From Eledone cirrhosa (taxonomy: Eukaryota), in contig OZ024762.1 of the NCBI GenBank assembly GCA_964016885.1, positions 10,292,001 to 10,356,000 on the forward strand: a stretch of 64,000 nucleotides of DNA, in the 5' to 3' direction. The position numbers were made by a program, and so were the translations under genes. Numbering within the stretch: position 1 is the first letter of the stretch; each line of letters opens with the position of its first letter. The notes under the pieces are model-generated. The model made no database searches, was not told where the DNA came from, and saw only the letters and a program-made list of their open reading frames with translations. This document shows, piece after piece, positions 44,342 through 61,979 of the stretch.

Positions 44342-44389
<48 letters not shown>

Positions 44390-44419
44390 GTATATATATA
44401 TATATATATATATATACGC

Positions 44420-44453
<34 letters not shown>

Positions 44454-44455
44454 GC

Positions 44456-44491
<36 letters not shown>

Positions 44492-44493
44492 GC

Positions 44494-44524
<31 letters not shown>

Positions 44525-44528
<4 letters not shown>

Positions 44529-44711
44529 GGTGGATTGGCAGTATCGGTAGAGGGTCGGACGCCATGCTTTCCAGCATAGTTACGTCCCTTTATGATCTGA
44601 GTTTAAATCCCGCCGAGGTTGACTTTGCATTTCATCCTTCCGGGGTCGATAAAATAAAGTACCAGTAATGCACTGGGTAATTGCTGGCCTTGTGCCTAAA
44701 GTCGAAACAAT

Positions 44712-44713
<2 letters not shown>
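44525..44713 (+). mobile_element. Full-length SINE (main family)
   Basis: A and B boxes, central domain, tail. Confidence 0.85.
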
Positions 44714-44761
<48 letters not shown>

Positions 44762-44789
44762 ATATGTATATATACATATATATATATAC

Positions 44790-44822
<33 letters not shown>

Positions 44823-44836
44823 CATGTATATATATA

Positions 44837-44879
<43 letters not shown>

Positions 44880-44907
44880 ATATGTATATATACATATATA
44901 TATATAC

Positions 44908-44940
<33 letters not shown>

Positions 44941-44954
44941 CATGTATATATATA

Positions 44955-45003
<49 letters not shown>

Positions 45004-45267
45004 ATATATATATATATATATAATAGTACATATATTCATACATACACAGACCCAGACAGAGATGATATATTCAACAGGTGTTATAGATGACATTCTCAGC
45101 AGGAAGTGATCCTCATTTTCTATAACGACGACGACAACAACAACAACCACCACAATAACAATAACAACAATAATAATAATAATAATGATAATCAAACCTT
45201 TGAACTGCTTTTCTGGGCCACACGCAGACTTCTTTTTATTTATAAAACAACTGTTTAACTCTAGCTG

Positions 45268-45569
45268 TCAAATGACTGAAGCAAAGGTAGTGCCCCAGCC
45301 TGGCCGCAGTCTAATGACTGAAGCGAAGACGGAGCCCCAGCCTGGCCGATGTCTAATGACTGAAGCGAAGATGGAGCCCCAGCCTGGCCGCAGTCTAATG
45401 ACTGAAGCGAAGGAGGAGCCCCAGCCTGGCAGCTGTCCAATGACTGAAGCCAAGGTGGGGCCGCAGTCTAATGACTGAAACGAGTAAAAGAGTGCCGGGG
45501 TCTATATGATTGATTAAACCTTTTCCTGATAGTGCCCCAGCTTGTCCGCAGCTTAAAGACTGAAACCAG

Positions 45570-45572
<3 letters not shown>
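45268..45572 (+). repeat. 42-bp tandem repeat (~5 copies) derived from a SINE 3' segment
   Basis: gccccagcctggccgcagtctaatgactgaagcgaag; complementary to the 3811-3860 SINE segment. Confidence 0.75.
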
Positions 45573-45629
<57 letters not shown>

Positions 45630-45633
<4 letters not shown>

Positions 45634-45942
45634 ATAGTTTGGGAGGGTCATGTTGCCAATAAGAAACACACGCACCAGTTGCTTTCACTCCAATTTATTA
45701 TAAATTAAATTTATAAATTTAAGAATTTATAAATTACCCGTTGGTTGGTTGGTTGGTTCCACAACCGGACGGTTGTTCATATATTGTCAAAGTTCTTTCG
45801 TCACACATTCTGTGACCTCTTCAGTGACTGGGGATTCTTCTCTTTGTTTTGTGCCTCTCTTTTGTTCTGTCCTACGCCATCTTGTTTTTGTGTGTGTTGT
45901 GTGTTTAGTTTGCGCATGTGTTACATCCAAATTCAGAAACGA
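45630..45942 (-). mobile_element. Family D copy with hammerhead at 45786-45828
   Basis: Hammerhead identical to 25244-25286. Confidence 0.7.
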
Positions 45943-48900
45943 TATATATATATAACAAATTCAGAAATGATATATATATATAACAAATTCAGAAACGATA
46001 TATATATATAACAAATTCAGAAATGATATATATATATAACAAATTCAGAAACGATATATATATATAACAAATTCAGAAACGATATATATATATATAACAA
46101 ATTCAGAAACGATATATATATAACAAATTCAGAAACGATATATATATAACAAATTCACAAACGATAAATATATAACAAATTCAGAAACGATATATATATA
46201 TAACAAATTCAGAAACGATATATATATATAACAAATTCAGAAACGATATATATATAACAAATTCAGAAACGATATATATATATAACAAATTCAGAAACGA
46301 TATATATATAACAAATTCAGAAACGATATATATATATAACAAATTCAGAAACGATATATATATAACAAATTCAGAAACGATATATATATAACAAATTCAG
46401 AAACGATATATATATATATATAACAAATTCAGAAACGATATATATATAACAAATTCAGAAACGATATATATATAACAAATTCACAAACGATATATATATA
46501 ACAAATTCACAAACGATATATATATAACAAATTCAGAAACGATATATATATATAACAAATTCAGAAACGATATATATATATAACAAATTCAGAAACGATA
46601 TATATATAACAAATTCAGAAACGATATATATATATAACAAATTCAGAAACGATATATATATATATAACAAATTCAGAAACGATATATATATATATAACAA
46701 ATTCAGAAACGATATATATATATAACAAATTCAGAAACGATATATATATATAACAAATTCAGAAACGATATATATATATATATAACAAATTCAGAAACGA
46801 TATATATATATAACAAATTCAGAAACGATATATATATAACAAATTCAGAAACGATATATATATAACAAATTCAGAAACGATATATATATATATATAACAA
46901 ATTCAGAAACGATATATATATAACAAATTCAGAAACGATATATATATAACAAATTCACAAACGATATATATATAACAAATTCAGAAACGATATATATATA
47001 ACAAATTCACAAACGATATATATATAACAAATTCAGAAACGATATATATATATAACAAATTCAGAAACGATATATATATATAACAAATTCAGAAACGATA
47101 TATATATAACAAATTCAGAAACGATATATATATATAACAAATTCAGAAACGATATATATATAACAAATTCAGAAACGATATATATATAACAAATTCAGAA
47201 ACGATATATATATATAACAAATTCAGAAACGATATATATATATAACAAATTCAGAAACGATATATATATATAACAAATTCAGAAACGATATATATATAAC
47301 AAATTCAGAAACGATATATATATAACAAATTCACAAACGATATATATATAACAAATTCAGAAACGATATATAAATAACAAATTCAGAAACGATATATATA
47401 TAACAAATTCAGAAACGATATATATATATAACAAATTCAGAAACGATATATATATAACAAATTCAGAAACGATATATATATATAACAAATTCAGAAACGA
47501 TATATATATAACAAATTCAGAAACGATATATATATATAACAAATTCAGAAACGATATATATATAACAAATTCAGAAACGATATATATATAACAAATTCAG
47601 AAACGATATATATATAACAAATTCAGAAACGATATATATATAACAAATTCAGAAACGATATATATATATAACAAATTCAGAAACGATATATATATAACAA
47701 ATTCAGAAACGATATATATATAACAAATTCAGAAACGATATATATATAACAAATTCAGAAACGATATATATATATATAACAAATTCAGAAACGATATATA
47801 TATAACAAATTCACAAACGATATATATATAACAAATTCAGAAACGATATATATATAACAAATTCAGAAACGATATATATATAACAAATTCAGAAACGATA
47901 TATATATATATAACAAATTCAGAAACGATATATATATAACAAATTCACAAACGATATATATATAACAAATTCAGAAACGATATATATATAACAAATTCAG
48001 AAACGATATATATATAACAAATTCAGAAACGATATATATATAACAAATTCACAAACGATATATATATAACAAATTCACAAACGATATATATATAACAAAT
48101 TCACAAACGATATATATATATATATAACAAATTCAGAAACGATATATATATATATATAACAAATTCAGAAACGATATATATATATAACAAATTCAGAAAC
48201 GATATATATATAACAAATTCACAAACGATATATATATATAACAAATTCAGAAACGATATATATATATAACAAATTCAGAAACGATATATATATAACAAAT
48301 TCAGAAACGATATATATATATAACAAATTCAGAAACGATATATATATAACAAATTCAGAAACGATATATATATAACAAATTCAGAAACGATATATATATA
48401 TAACAAATTCAGAAACGATATATATATATAACAAATTCAGAAACGATATATATATATATATAACAAATTCAGAAACGATATATATATATAACAAATTCAG
48501 AAACGATATATATATATAACAAATTCAGAAACGATATATATATATATAACAAATTCAGAAACGATATATATATATATAACAAATTCAGAAACGATATATA
48601 TATATATAACAAATTCAGAAACGATATATATATATAACAAATTCAGAAACGATATATATATATAACAAATTCAGAAACGATATATATATAACAAATTCAG
48701 AAACGATATATATATAACAAATTCAGAAACGATATATATATAACAAATTCAGAAACGATATATATATATAACAAATTCAGAAACGATATATATATATAAC
48801 AAATTCAGAAACGATATATATATATAACAAATTCAGAAACGATATATATATATAACAAATTCAGAAACGATATATATATATAACAAATTCAGAAACGATA

Positions 48901-49322
48901 TATATATAACAAATTCAGAAACGATATATATATAACAAATTCAGAAACGATATATATATATAACAAATTCAGAAACGATATATATATATATATAACAAAT
49001 TCAGAAACGATATATATATAACAAATTCAGAAACGATATATATATATATAACAAATTCAGAAACGATATATATATAACAAATTCAGAAACGATATATATA
49101 TAACAAATTCAGAAACGATATATATATATAACAAATTCAGAAACGATATATATATATATAACAAATTCAGAAACGATATATATATATAACAAATTCAGAA
49201 ACGATATATATATATAACAAATTCAGAAACGATATATATATAACAAATTCAGAAACGATATATATATATAACAAATTCAGAAACGATATATATATAACAA
49301 ATTCAGAAACGATATATATATA
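45928..49322 (+). repeat. Array of ACAAATTCAGAAACG + variable (AT)n (over 100 units)
   Basis: Constant 15-mer (variant CAC) with AT spacers of variable length. Confidence 0.95.
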
Positions 49323-49782
49323 TGGCTGGTCGCCAGAGAAACGATTGTAATATGTCTAATAAATTTTATTCGTCGCAACACTGATTCTCCGTTTCTTCAG
49401 TATTTACTGCTAAAATTCACTTCCGGTGCGGCTGAGAACGGATATCTGTAGAGAAAGTGAATCCTCTGTTCGATCTTCCAAAACCAATAACTTGCATGCC
49501 CCGCAAGTGGATTTTGTTGACTTCAGATTCACAGAAACCTAGCGGAAATATTGTATAATATCGACGCGATGGCCCAGGTTTCTCAAATTATCCTGAGTCA
49601 GTTTTCTCGTTGCTTTGGTCACTGCGGCTGCCTTACCGGTCGCAGTCTTCAATTTGCAAAGCTGTCTAAACGTAATCTTATCACTCTAAGGTAAAATACC
49701 TTATTGAGTGCTTAGCTGCACATCCCGAATGCATTCGTTAGCTTAGCTGCAGCCAGAGCTTCGATTATGCTGTACTTCCATT

Positions 49783-50206
<424 letters not shown>

Positions 50207-50374
50207 GTATAATAAACAATACAATATAATTACCTCATTACCAGAGGTTTCCCGAATAAGACGAATACGAAAGAAACGTCCTCATTCGTTCGTCGGACAA
50301 GGCAATAATTTTGCTCTGGTACTTACATAGAGCACTCTTCACTCCTATGACTTTTTCAATTTCAACGAAAACTT

Positions 50375-50449
<75 letters not shown>

Positions 50450-51025
50450 GTATATATTAGTACAAAAAAAAATGACAGCGATAAACGAGACAGCACTATA
50501 TAGAGGGACATTACAACAACCCAAACCAAAGCCAAAAACAGAGATATCATTTTGATGGTCCGTTTCTAACGCGTTGATAGGAGGAGATGAAGGAAAACCA
50601 AAGACATTATAACTACACTACCGAGGAATGGAATGAATAACTATCGTATCTTCTCTATCATTTAATAACATTAGATAACCCAACACACTGTCATGTTAAT
50701 CACAGGGTTATAAAGGCCGGTGATAAAATAAGAAAACGTGACTAATTAATTTTATGATAATTAATCAATGTTATTATTCAATTATAAAACAAGTTGGATC
50801 CGTCGACTTTAATTAGACGTACACAGAAGTAATTCGGTTGAAAAGGAAAGAGAGAGTAAATGAAAAAAAACCAACTCCAGAATAGAATGGATCTCCGTCA
50901 GTTTCAACGATCAGTGTTTCAGATTAATAAATTTGCCTGTCGCTTGTGAAATTGATGTGTAGGTGGTTGGCTGAGAATTCTACAGGCACGTGTGTCCCTT
51001 GACAGGGAGATTCAACATGATGCAG

Positions 51026-51084
<59 letters not shown>

Positions 51085-51166
51085 TTCTCAGGGAGATTCA
51101 ACGTGACGCAGTGTGTGTGTGTATGTGTGATTCTTAGGGAGATTTAACGTGACATAGTGTGTGTGT

Positions 51167-52013
51167 TTTCATTTGAAATATGGTAATGAAAGGGTTAATG
51201 ACATAGACAGTGTCATTCATTAGAAATATGGTAAGGAAAGGGTTCATGACATAGACAGTGTCTTTCATTAGAAATATGGTAATGAAAGGGTTAATGACAT
51301 AGACTGTCTTTCATTAGAAATATGGTAATGAAAGGGTTAAAGACATAGACAGTGTCTTTCATTAGAAATATGGTAATGATAGGGTTAATGACATAGACAG
51401 TGTCTTTCATTAGAAATATGGTAATGAAAGGGTTAATGACATAGACAGTGTCTTTCATTAGAAATATGGTAATGAAAGGGTTAATGACATAGACAGTGTC
51501 TTTCATTAGAAATATGGTAATGAAAGGGTTAATGACATAGACAGTGTCTTTCATTAGAAATATGGTAATGAAAGGGTTAATGACATAGACAGTGTCTTTC
51601 ATTAGAAATATGGTAATGAAAGGGTTAATGTCATAGACAGCATCTTTCATTAGAAATATGGTAATGGAAGGGTTAATGACATAGACAGTGTCTTTCATTA
51701 GAGATATGGTAATGAAAGAGTTAATGGCATAGACAGTGTCTTTCATTAGAGATATGGTAATGAAAGGGTTAATGACATAGACTGTGTCTTTCATTAGAAA
51801 TATGGTAATGAAAGGGTTAATGACATAGGCAGTGTCTTTCATTAGAAATATGGTAATGAAACGGTTAATGACATAGACAGTGTCTTTCATTAGAAATATG
51901 GTAATGAAAGGATTAATGACATAGACTGTGTCTTTCATTAGAAATATGGTAATGGAAGGGTTAATGACATAGACTGTGTCTTTCATTAGAAATATGGCAA
52001 TGAAAGGGTTAAA
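51167..52013 (+). repeat. 48-bp minisatellite (~17 copies), each with a GAAAGGGTTAA MITE-end-like motif
   Basis: Unit tttcattagaaatatggtaatgaaagggttaatgacatagacagtgtc. Confidence 0.9.
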
Positions 52014-52204
52014 GAACCCAGACACAGACTCCGTATCATAAAACTATGACCAATGTTGACATGTTTGTCTTAAGTCGGATCATTTCATATGATAGCATCT
52101 TAACCTCTCTCCCGCTCCTTCAAATATCTCCCTGTCACTGACCCATGGCTTTCAACTTCAGTCAAACTGTTGCCGCAGTCGGCTTCCCTCTCTCTCTCTC
52201 TCAC

Positions 52205-52238
<34 letters not shown>

Positions 52239-52552
52239 CGAGTGTATATATATATATATATATTTGTGTGGAGATAGACTAATAGATAGATAGATATGTT
52301 TCTTTAATTGCCACAAGGGCACGCGAGAAATGGGACATTACAGGACGTATGGCGGAGACAGACAGACAGACAGACAGACAAATAGACAGACAGACAAACA
52401 GGCAGACAGACAGACAGACATATAGACAGACAGAGAGACAGACAGACAGACAGGCAGACAGGCAGACAGACAGACAGACAGACAGGCAGACAGACAGACA
52501 GATGAGCTATAGAAATAAATAAATTATCCAATTATATTGAGTTAAACGATCT

Positions 52553-52656
52553 AGAGAGAGATAGAGAGAGATGGAGATGGAGAGAGAGAGAGAGGTGGGT
52601 GAGAAATGGAGACAGGGAGGGTGAGAGAGTTGCGAGAGTAGATGGAGATGGGGAGG

Positions 52657-52687
<31 letters not shown>

Positions 52688-52703
52688 TGGGGTGATAAAT
52701 GGA

Positions 52704-52746
<43 letters not shown>

Positions 52747-52785
52747 AGAGAGGGGGTGGGGGTAATAAATGGAGACAGAGAGGGT

Positions 52786-52832
<47 letters not shown>

Positions 52833-52861
52833 AGAGAGGGGGTGGGGTGATAAATGGAGAC

Positions 52862-52902
<41 letters not shown>

Positions 52903-52956
52903 AGAGAAAAGAGAATGAGAGAGAGAGGGGGTGGGGGTAAGAAATGGAGACGGAGA

Positions 52957-52992
<36 letters not shown>

Positions 52993-53024
52993 GTGGGGGT
53001 AATAAATGGAGACAGAGAGGGTGA

Positions 53025-53071
<47 letters not shown>

Positions 53072-53100
53072 AGAGAGGGGGTAGGGTGATAAATGGAGAC

Positions 53101-53161
<61 letters not shown>

Positions 53162-53214
53162 AGAGAGAGAGAGAATGAGAGAGAGGGGGTGGGGGTAAGA
53201 AATGGAGACGGAGA

Positions 53215-53250
<36 letters not shown>

Positions 53251-53361
53251 GTGGGGGTAATAAATGGAGACAGAGAGGGTGAGAGAGAGAGAGACAGAGA
53301 GAGTGAGTGAGAGAGAGAGAGAGAGAGAATGAGAGAGAGGGGTAGGGTGATAAATGGAGAC

Positions 53362-53402
<41 letters not shown>

Positions 53403-53475
53403 AGAGAGAGAGAGAATGAGAGAGAGGGGTGGGGGTAAGAAATGGAGACGGAGAGGTTGAGAGAGAGAGAGAGAG
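52553..53475. repeat. Polypurine (GA)n tract with higher-order ggggtgggggtaa..aaatggagac modules
   Basis: Direct inspection. Confidence 0.85.
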
Positions 53476-54107
53476 ATTCGTGACATACTGTCACATTAAA
53501 CGCTTCTGTCTAAATTAGAGATATTTTTGTTAAAAGTCCAACAGGATCAGTTTTCAAGGTTGTTGTTGATGTCGTTGTTGATGTCGTTGTTGTTGTTGTT
53601 GATGGTGTTGTTGTTGTTGGTGGTGGTGTTGTTGTTGTTGGTGGTGGTGTCGTTGTCGTTGTTGTTGTTGTTGTCGTTGTTGATGGTGTTGCTGTTGTTG
53701 GTGGTGGTGTTGTCGTTGTTGTTGATGCTGTTGTTGTTGTTGTTGTTGTTGTCGTTGTTGTTGTTGTTGATGCTGTCGTTGTTGATGCTGTCGTTGTTGT
53801 TGTTGTTGTTGTCGTTGTTGTTGTTGCTGTTGTTTTTTTTCCGTTACCTCTCAACAGACGTTCCGCTTAAAACAGATCCAATTTTTACAGCTAACCTTCC
53901 AGCTATTTCCACTGTCTGGCCAGCTGACGGGGACCCTATCATCCCACCATCCCACCACCATCACCACCACCACCACCACCACCACCACCACCACCACCAT
54001 GGCTCCACCTGCTAGAAATAGCAACTAAATAATCTCTCAAATCACGACCTTTTCATCAGTGATGGGTTGACTGGGTTGTAGCCTGGCTCCCAACAACATT
54101 TAAAGAG

Positions 54108-54149
<42 letters not shown>

Positions 54150-54248
54150 AAATATGATAATAATGGAGCTGCGGCGTTGCAAATGGGTTACATATAAAAA
54201 AGTGAGTCCTTCATCAGTGACCCTCCAACCGTCCCAGGCATTTCATCG

Positions 54249-54298
<50 letters not shown>

Positions 54299-54509
54299 GA
54301 ATAATCGAGTATCGGAAAATCGGCTCACGAGTTTACGATAAACAAATTCGACATGAGTGGGAGAGGGCTCAATAATTCAGATACATCAGAGCTATAACTA
54401 TCGTTAAAATATCAACACACAGAGATTATGTCTAAAATCACCCATGCGACCGAAAAATTACGATCAGGAAGATTCGGGTCACTCAGATAAAATATCAATA
54501 AATCAATAA

Positions 54510-54560
<51 letters not shown>

Positions 54561-54994
54561 AGAGGTTATAATTAATTTGTTGGGATACAACAAGCAAAAT
54601 ATTTTTATAACTGATATAAAGCACTCAACAAATTATTGGAGTAAATATACAATATATTAACAAATGGAAACTATATTTATAAAACCATATTTATTTCATT
54701 ATACATATTTCAAGGGTCACCAAGGCAGATTATGGTGCGCTTTCATCAGATAAAATATAATACAGATTAGTTTTATAAATAAATATTGACATACCCTGAA
54801 AAAATGCAACCTTTACGGTTGGAGTCTCCAGGAGACTCCAACCGTAAAGGTTGTCTTTTTTCAGGGTATGTCAATATTTATTTATAAAACAAATCTGTAT
54901 TTTATCTGATGAAAGCGCACCATAATTTGCCTTGGTTGTCCTTGAAATATATATAATAAACTAATTATGGTTTTATAAATATAGTTTCCATTTA

Positions 54995-54999
<5 letters not shown>
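54561..54999. mobile_element. Family A copy 4 (palindrome centred at 54830); hammerheads at 54692-54757 (-) and 54898-54963 (+)
   Basis: CUGAUGA/GAAA core in both arms; diverged stem II; stem I UUUUAU/AU(G/A)AA. Confidence 0.7.
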
Positions 55000-55082
<83 letters not shown>

Positions 55083-55436
55083 CAGCGCGATCGAATTTCG
55101 GCAGTGGTCAAAAACAAAGCGAAACGCAATTTTCGATGCGGCAAGAGCTCAATGGACTAAAAGAAGACCAGAGCAATAAACATAGGTTATAGAGGCCAAA
55201 CAAACTGAAAACGGCGGTCAAGAAGCCATTAGCCACCGAAACCCCCAAAAAACGAAGCAAGCTAAACAGGTCAAATATATACATATATGAAAAGAGTCAG
55301 GACCCCAACGGCTGAGCTCCGGCCGTTTCGACAGCTAGATCCGAACTAAGCCACCAGTATTACCCACTCTACTACCCTAAGTATCGAGTACTCTGGTGCG
55401 TTATGGTCCACCTGGTTCCTTACCACACCTTCTTTG

Positions 55437-55862
55437 TTATTGAGGATGCCTTGTTTTGTAAACTCCCCCCATTGTACTTGTCCCACTTTTGATGCCCTGG
55501 TGGCAAATAAAAGAAACATATCTATCTAAAGGTGGGTGAAAGTGGCGAGAATGGCCCGTGTGAATGGGCCTTCTCTTTACATAAGCCTGTAGGTGGAAAG
55601 GAGGAAGGAACGAGGGAGCACTCCCTCTCTGTGCTCCTGAGGAAAAGGGTTGCACACCTTTTTCGGGGGGGGGGTGCGACCCCCCAAGGCGCCTTCTCCC
55701 TATTGAGGATTTTGTTATAAATTTTATTTTTTGTTATATTTTATTTTATTTTTATATTTTGTTATTGCCTCCTCCTTATTGAGGACGCCTTGTTTTGTAA
55801 ACTCTCCCCTTTGTACTTGTCCCACTTTTGATGCCCTGGTGGCAAATAAAAGAAACATATCT
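55437..55862 (+). mobile_element. Two Tx1-type 3' fragments
   Basis: RWVKVARMARVNGPSLYISL* then 3' UTR and AATAAA..(TATC)n. Confidence 0.8.
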
Positions 55863-56194
55863 ATCTATCTATCTATCTATCCATCTCGCCTCCCTCCTCT
55901 TTCTATCTATTTATCAGATATGGTGTGGTAAAATACAGGTGGACCATAACCCACCAGAGTACTCAATACTTGGGTAGTAGAGTGGGTAATATGAAAAGAT
56001 TCAGGATCCCGACGGCTCAGCTCCGGTTGTTTCGACAGCTAGAGGAACTATCTGAGGAACTTGCGAATCCAGAGTCAGGTTCGATCCACAAACAGATCGC
56101 ACCTCAAGCTGTCCGCCGGAGAAACAATTGTAATACGTAATAAATTGTGTTCCGATGCATCACTGATTCTTTGTTTTCCATATTATCATACTCT

Positions 56195-56235
<41 letters not shown>

Positions 56236-56265
56236 ATATATATATATATACACATATATATACTT

Positions 56266-56308
<43 letters not shown>

Positions 56309-56313
56309 CTTAG

Positions 56314-56400
<87 letters not shown>

Positions 56401-56431
56401 ATATACTCAAACGTGCGACATAGAGAGCATT

Positions 56432-56617
56432 AGTGGATTGGCAGTATCGGTAGAGGGTCGGACGCCATGCTTTCCAGCGTGTTACGTCCCTTTACGAACT
56501 GAGTTCAAATCCCGCCGAGGTTGACTTTGCCTTTCATCCTTACGGGGTCGATAAAATAAAGTACCAGTAATGCACTGGGTATTTGCTGGCCTTGTGCCTA
56601 AAGTAGAAACAATTATC
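56432..56617 (+). mobile_element. SINE (main family)
   Basis: A and B boxes, central domain. Confidence 0.85.
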
Positions 56618-56775
56618 ATATCTTGGTCATGTGAGTTTAATTACTAAGCTTTATAAGCAATCACGTGACATACACTTGCATTCATAGAGAGACACGCCCC
56701 ATTCACTTACCCACACCCACCCACCCACATATATGTGTGTGTGTATATATATATATATATATGTGTATATTATGC

Positions 56776-56884
<109 letters not shown>

Positions 56885-58047
56885 GTATATGTATATATAT
56901 ATATATATAGTATATGAATATATATATGCATTATATGTATATATACATACATATAACAGACACGCGCAGATGCATATATATATGTGTGTGTGTGTGTTTG
57001 TGTGTGAGAGAGAGTGTCTGTGAGTGTTTGTGTGAGTGTGTGCGTGTTTGTTTGTGTGTGTGTGAAAGAGAGAGATTTTGTGTGTATGTGTGTGTGTGTA
57101 TGTGTGTGTGTGTATATGTGTGTGTGATGTGTGATGCGTGTGTATGTGTGTAAGTATGTGTGTGATGTGTGATGCGTGTATGTGTATGTGTGTGTATGTG
57201 TATGTATGTGTGTGTGTGGGTATGTGTGTGAGTGTATGTGTGTATGTGTATGTGTATATATGTATGTGTATATATGTATGTGTATGTGTGTATGTGTATA
57301 TGTGTATGTGTGTATGTGTGTGTATGTGCATGTGTGTATGTGTATGTGTGTATGTATGTGTGTGTGTGTATGTGAATGTGTGTATGTGTGTATGTGAATG
57401 TGTGTATGTGTGTATGTGTATATGTGTATGTATGTGTATATGTGTTCTAGTTGTTCAACCAGTGGAACGGCCTGCTCATGGAATGAACCTGAAAGTGGTT
57501 GAGTATTCCACAGACACGTGTGCCTTTTACGTAGTTCTCAGGGATATCCAGCAAGCCACAGTGTCACGGCTGGCCTTTATCAATTTTCAGGTACAATTCA
57601 GACTGGAGTAAAGTGAAATAAAGAGTCTTGCTCAAGGACACACACACACATGTATAAAAGCGCTTACACATACATACGAGCGGGTGTAGACACACACACA
57701 CACACACACATACAGAGAATCACAGACACATACACACTCACTTACACACATATACATACACAGAGACTCAGACACAAACACTCACAGAGATTCACACACA
57801 CACACTCACTTACACACACATACAGAGAGAGACACAGACACACACACTCACTTACACACACATACAGAGAGACTCACAGACACAAACACACATACACATT
57901 CACATACACACTCTCACTCACACACACATACAGAGAATCACAGACACTCACACACGCACATACAGACACCACACACGCACTCTCTCTCTCTCACACACAC
58001 ACTCTCTCTCACACACTCTATCACACACACTCTCTCTCTCACACACA

Positions 58048-58082
<35 letters not shown>

Positions 58083-58510
58083 TCTCTCACACACACACAC
58101 ACTCTATCACACACACTCTCTCTCACACACACACACTCTCTCTCTCTCTCTCTGTCTCACACACTCTCTCACACACACTCTCTCTCTCACACACACACAC
58201 TCTCTCTGTCTCACACACACACTCACTCTGTCTCACACACACACTCTCTCTCTCTCTCTCACATACACACACACACACACACACTCTCTCTCACGCACAC
58301 TCTCTCTTTCTCTTTCTCACACACACACATATACACACACACACAGACTTACACACACACACACCAAGACCACCCATATAACCATCGAGTCTTAATACCT
58401 TAAGCTGGTGCTTTGCTATTGAAATCTGGCTCAAACCCCCTCATTATGTTATTTCTATAGATCACATCCTCGCCCCTCATTATATATATATATATATATA
58501 TATATATGCT

Positions 58511-58575
<65 letters not shown>

Positions 58576-58659
58576 GCGTATCTACATACATACATATATA
58601 TATGCATACGTACATATATATTCGTATATACATACATACATGCATATGTATAAATATGC

Positions 58660-58718
<59 letters not shown>

Positions 58719-58754
58719 CCTTAGCATATATATGTTTCTGTCTCTGTCTCTCTC

Positions 58755-58816
<62 letters not shown>

Positions 58817-58986
58817 GGGCTCCACCGCCCCCTGGTGGGAAACAGCCAAACCACCATTGTGTGTGTTTAACGAGATCAATTCTCCCAGTTTCTTCAATGT
58901 TTCATTAAACCTACACTTTCTTTTTTTTCTTCAATATTTACCTTTAAAAAGTCACAGTTCCGTTGCCATAGTAATGAAATCAACGT

Positions 58987-59065
<79 letters not shown>

Positions 59066-59111
59066 CAACGACAGGGGGTGCGATTAAGTTGGTCATGGCC
59101 TGAACAAACTG

Positions 59112-60970
<1,859 letters not shown>

Positions 60971-61699
60971 AAGTAATAATACAATGTCAAAAAGCGACAG
61001 AAAACGAAACGAAAAAATAACATACAAAATCAATAGAAATAAAAAAAGGGGACGTTTTTTGAGATTTTCTTTTAGAGTTTTTGATTGTTTTAATATTTTC
61101 TTTTTTTTTTTTTTTGGACTTTTTAAAAATTTTTTTTTAATTTTTAACGGAATCGTTAAGACGTCAGATTAAACATGTCTTCCTATTTGTAGCGGTTCAC
61201 TGAGCTCCCAGTTCAAATCCCATCGAGGTCAACTGTGTCTTTTATCCTTTCCGGGTCGATTACCAAAGTCAGGATTGCAGGATTGGATTTAGACCGGGGG
61301 AGGGGGGGGGGGGGGCTTTACACTTAATGTTTGTTTTCGGGAGTCATACAAAAAAAAAAATTTAAAAAACATAGCAACTCCCTTCCCCGCAAAGGGTCAG
61401 TTGTTGTTGTCGGTGGTAGGGGTTGAATTGGGCGATAGAGTAAGTCGTCACTGCAATAATTTGGTAGAGAGAGTCATGCAGAAGCCCGCCATGTGTGTGT
61501 GTATGCAGGATTGTATTTAGATATTTTGGGGGGCCCGGGACACTTTAGGTTTGGGGGGGGGGGGGGTCATACACAAAAAAATTAGAAAACACAACAACCT
61601 CTTCCCCAAGGGTCAGGTGTCTGGGGCACTTTTAAATCAGACGGAGTCCAACCCTCTCCAGGTCTGAACACAGCCTATTTTTTTTCTATAGAAGAAGAA

Positions 61700-61846
61700 T
61701 CGACCCCAGTACTGGACTGGTACTCTTTTTAGCGACCTCGAAAGGATGAAATGCAAAGTTGACCTCGGCGGGATTTGAACTCAGAGCGAGCAATGAATAC
61801 CGTAAGGCATTCTGTCCGACGTCTTAACGATTCTGCTAATTCGCCA
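61700..61846 (-). mobile_element. SINE (related subfamily)
   Basis: B box and central domain. Confidence 0.75.
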
Positions 61847-61979
61847 TCTTATAAACAAATATAAACGCATAAAAGGGAGGAAATAAAGAAAAAAAGGTGG
61901 GGAGGGTGCAAAAACAAAAACAACCATCAATTGCGACAATCGATCGCACATCATCAGGCTCAATGGGACACTTTGAGGC

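Noticed and set aside
45928-49322. CRISPR-like repeat-spacer appearance
   Set aside because: Spacers are only (AT)n, the repeat is 15 bp, there are no cas genes and the context is eukaryotic
49323-49784. Possible GIY-YIG endonuclease relic of a Penelope element
   Set aside because: Only vague resemblance with multiple stops; not supportable without a search
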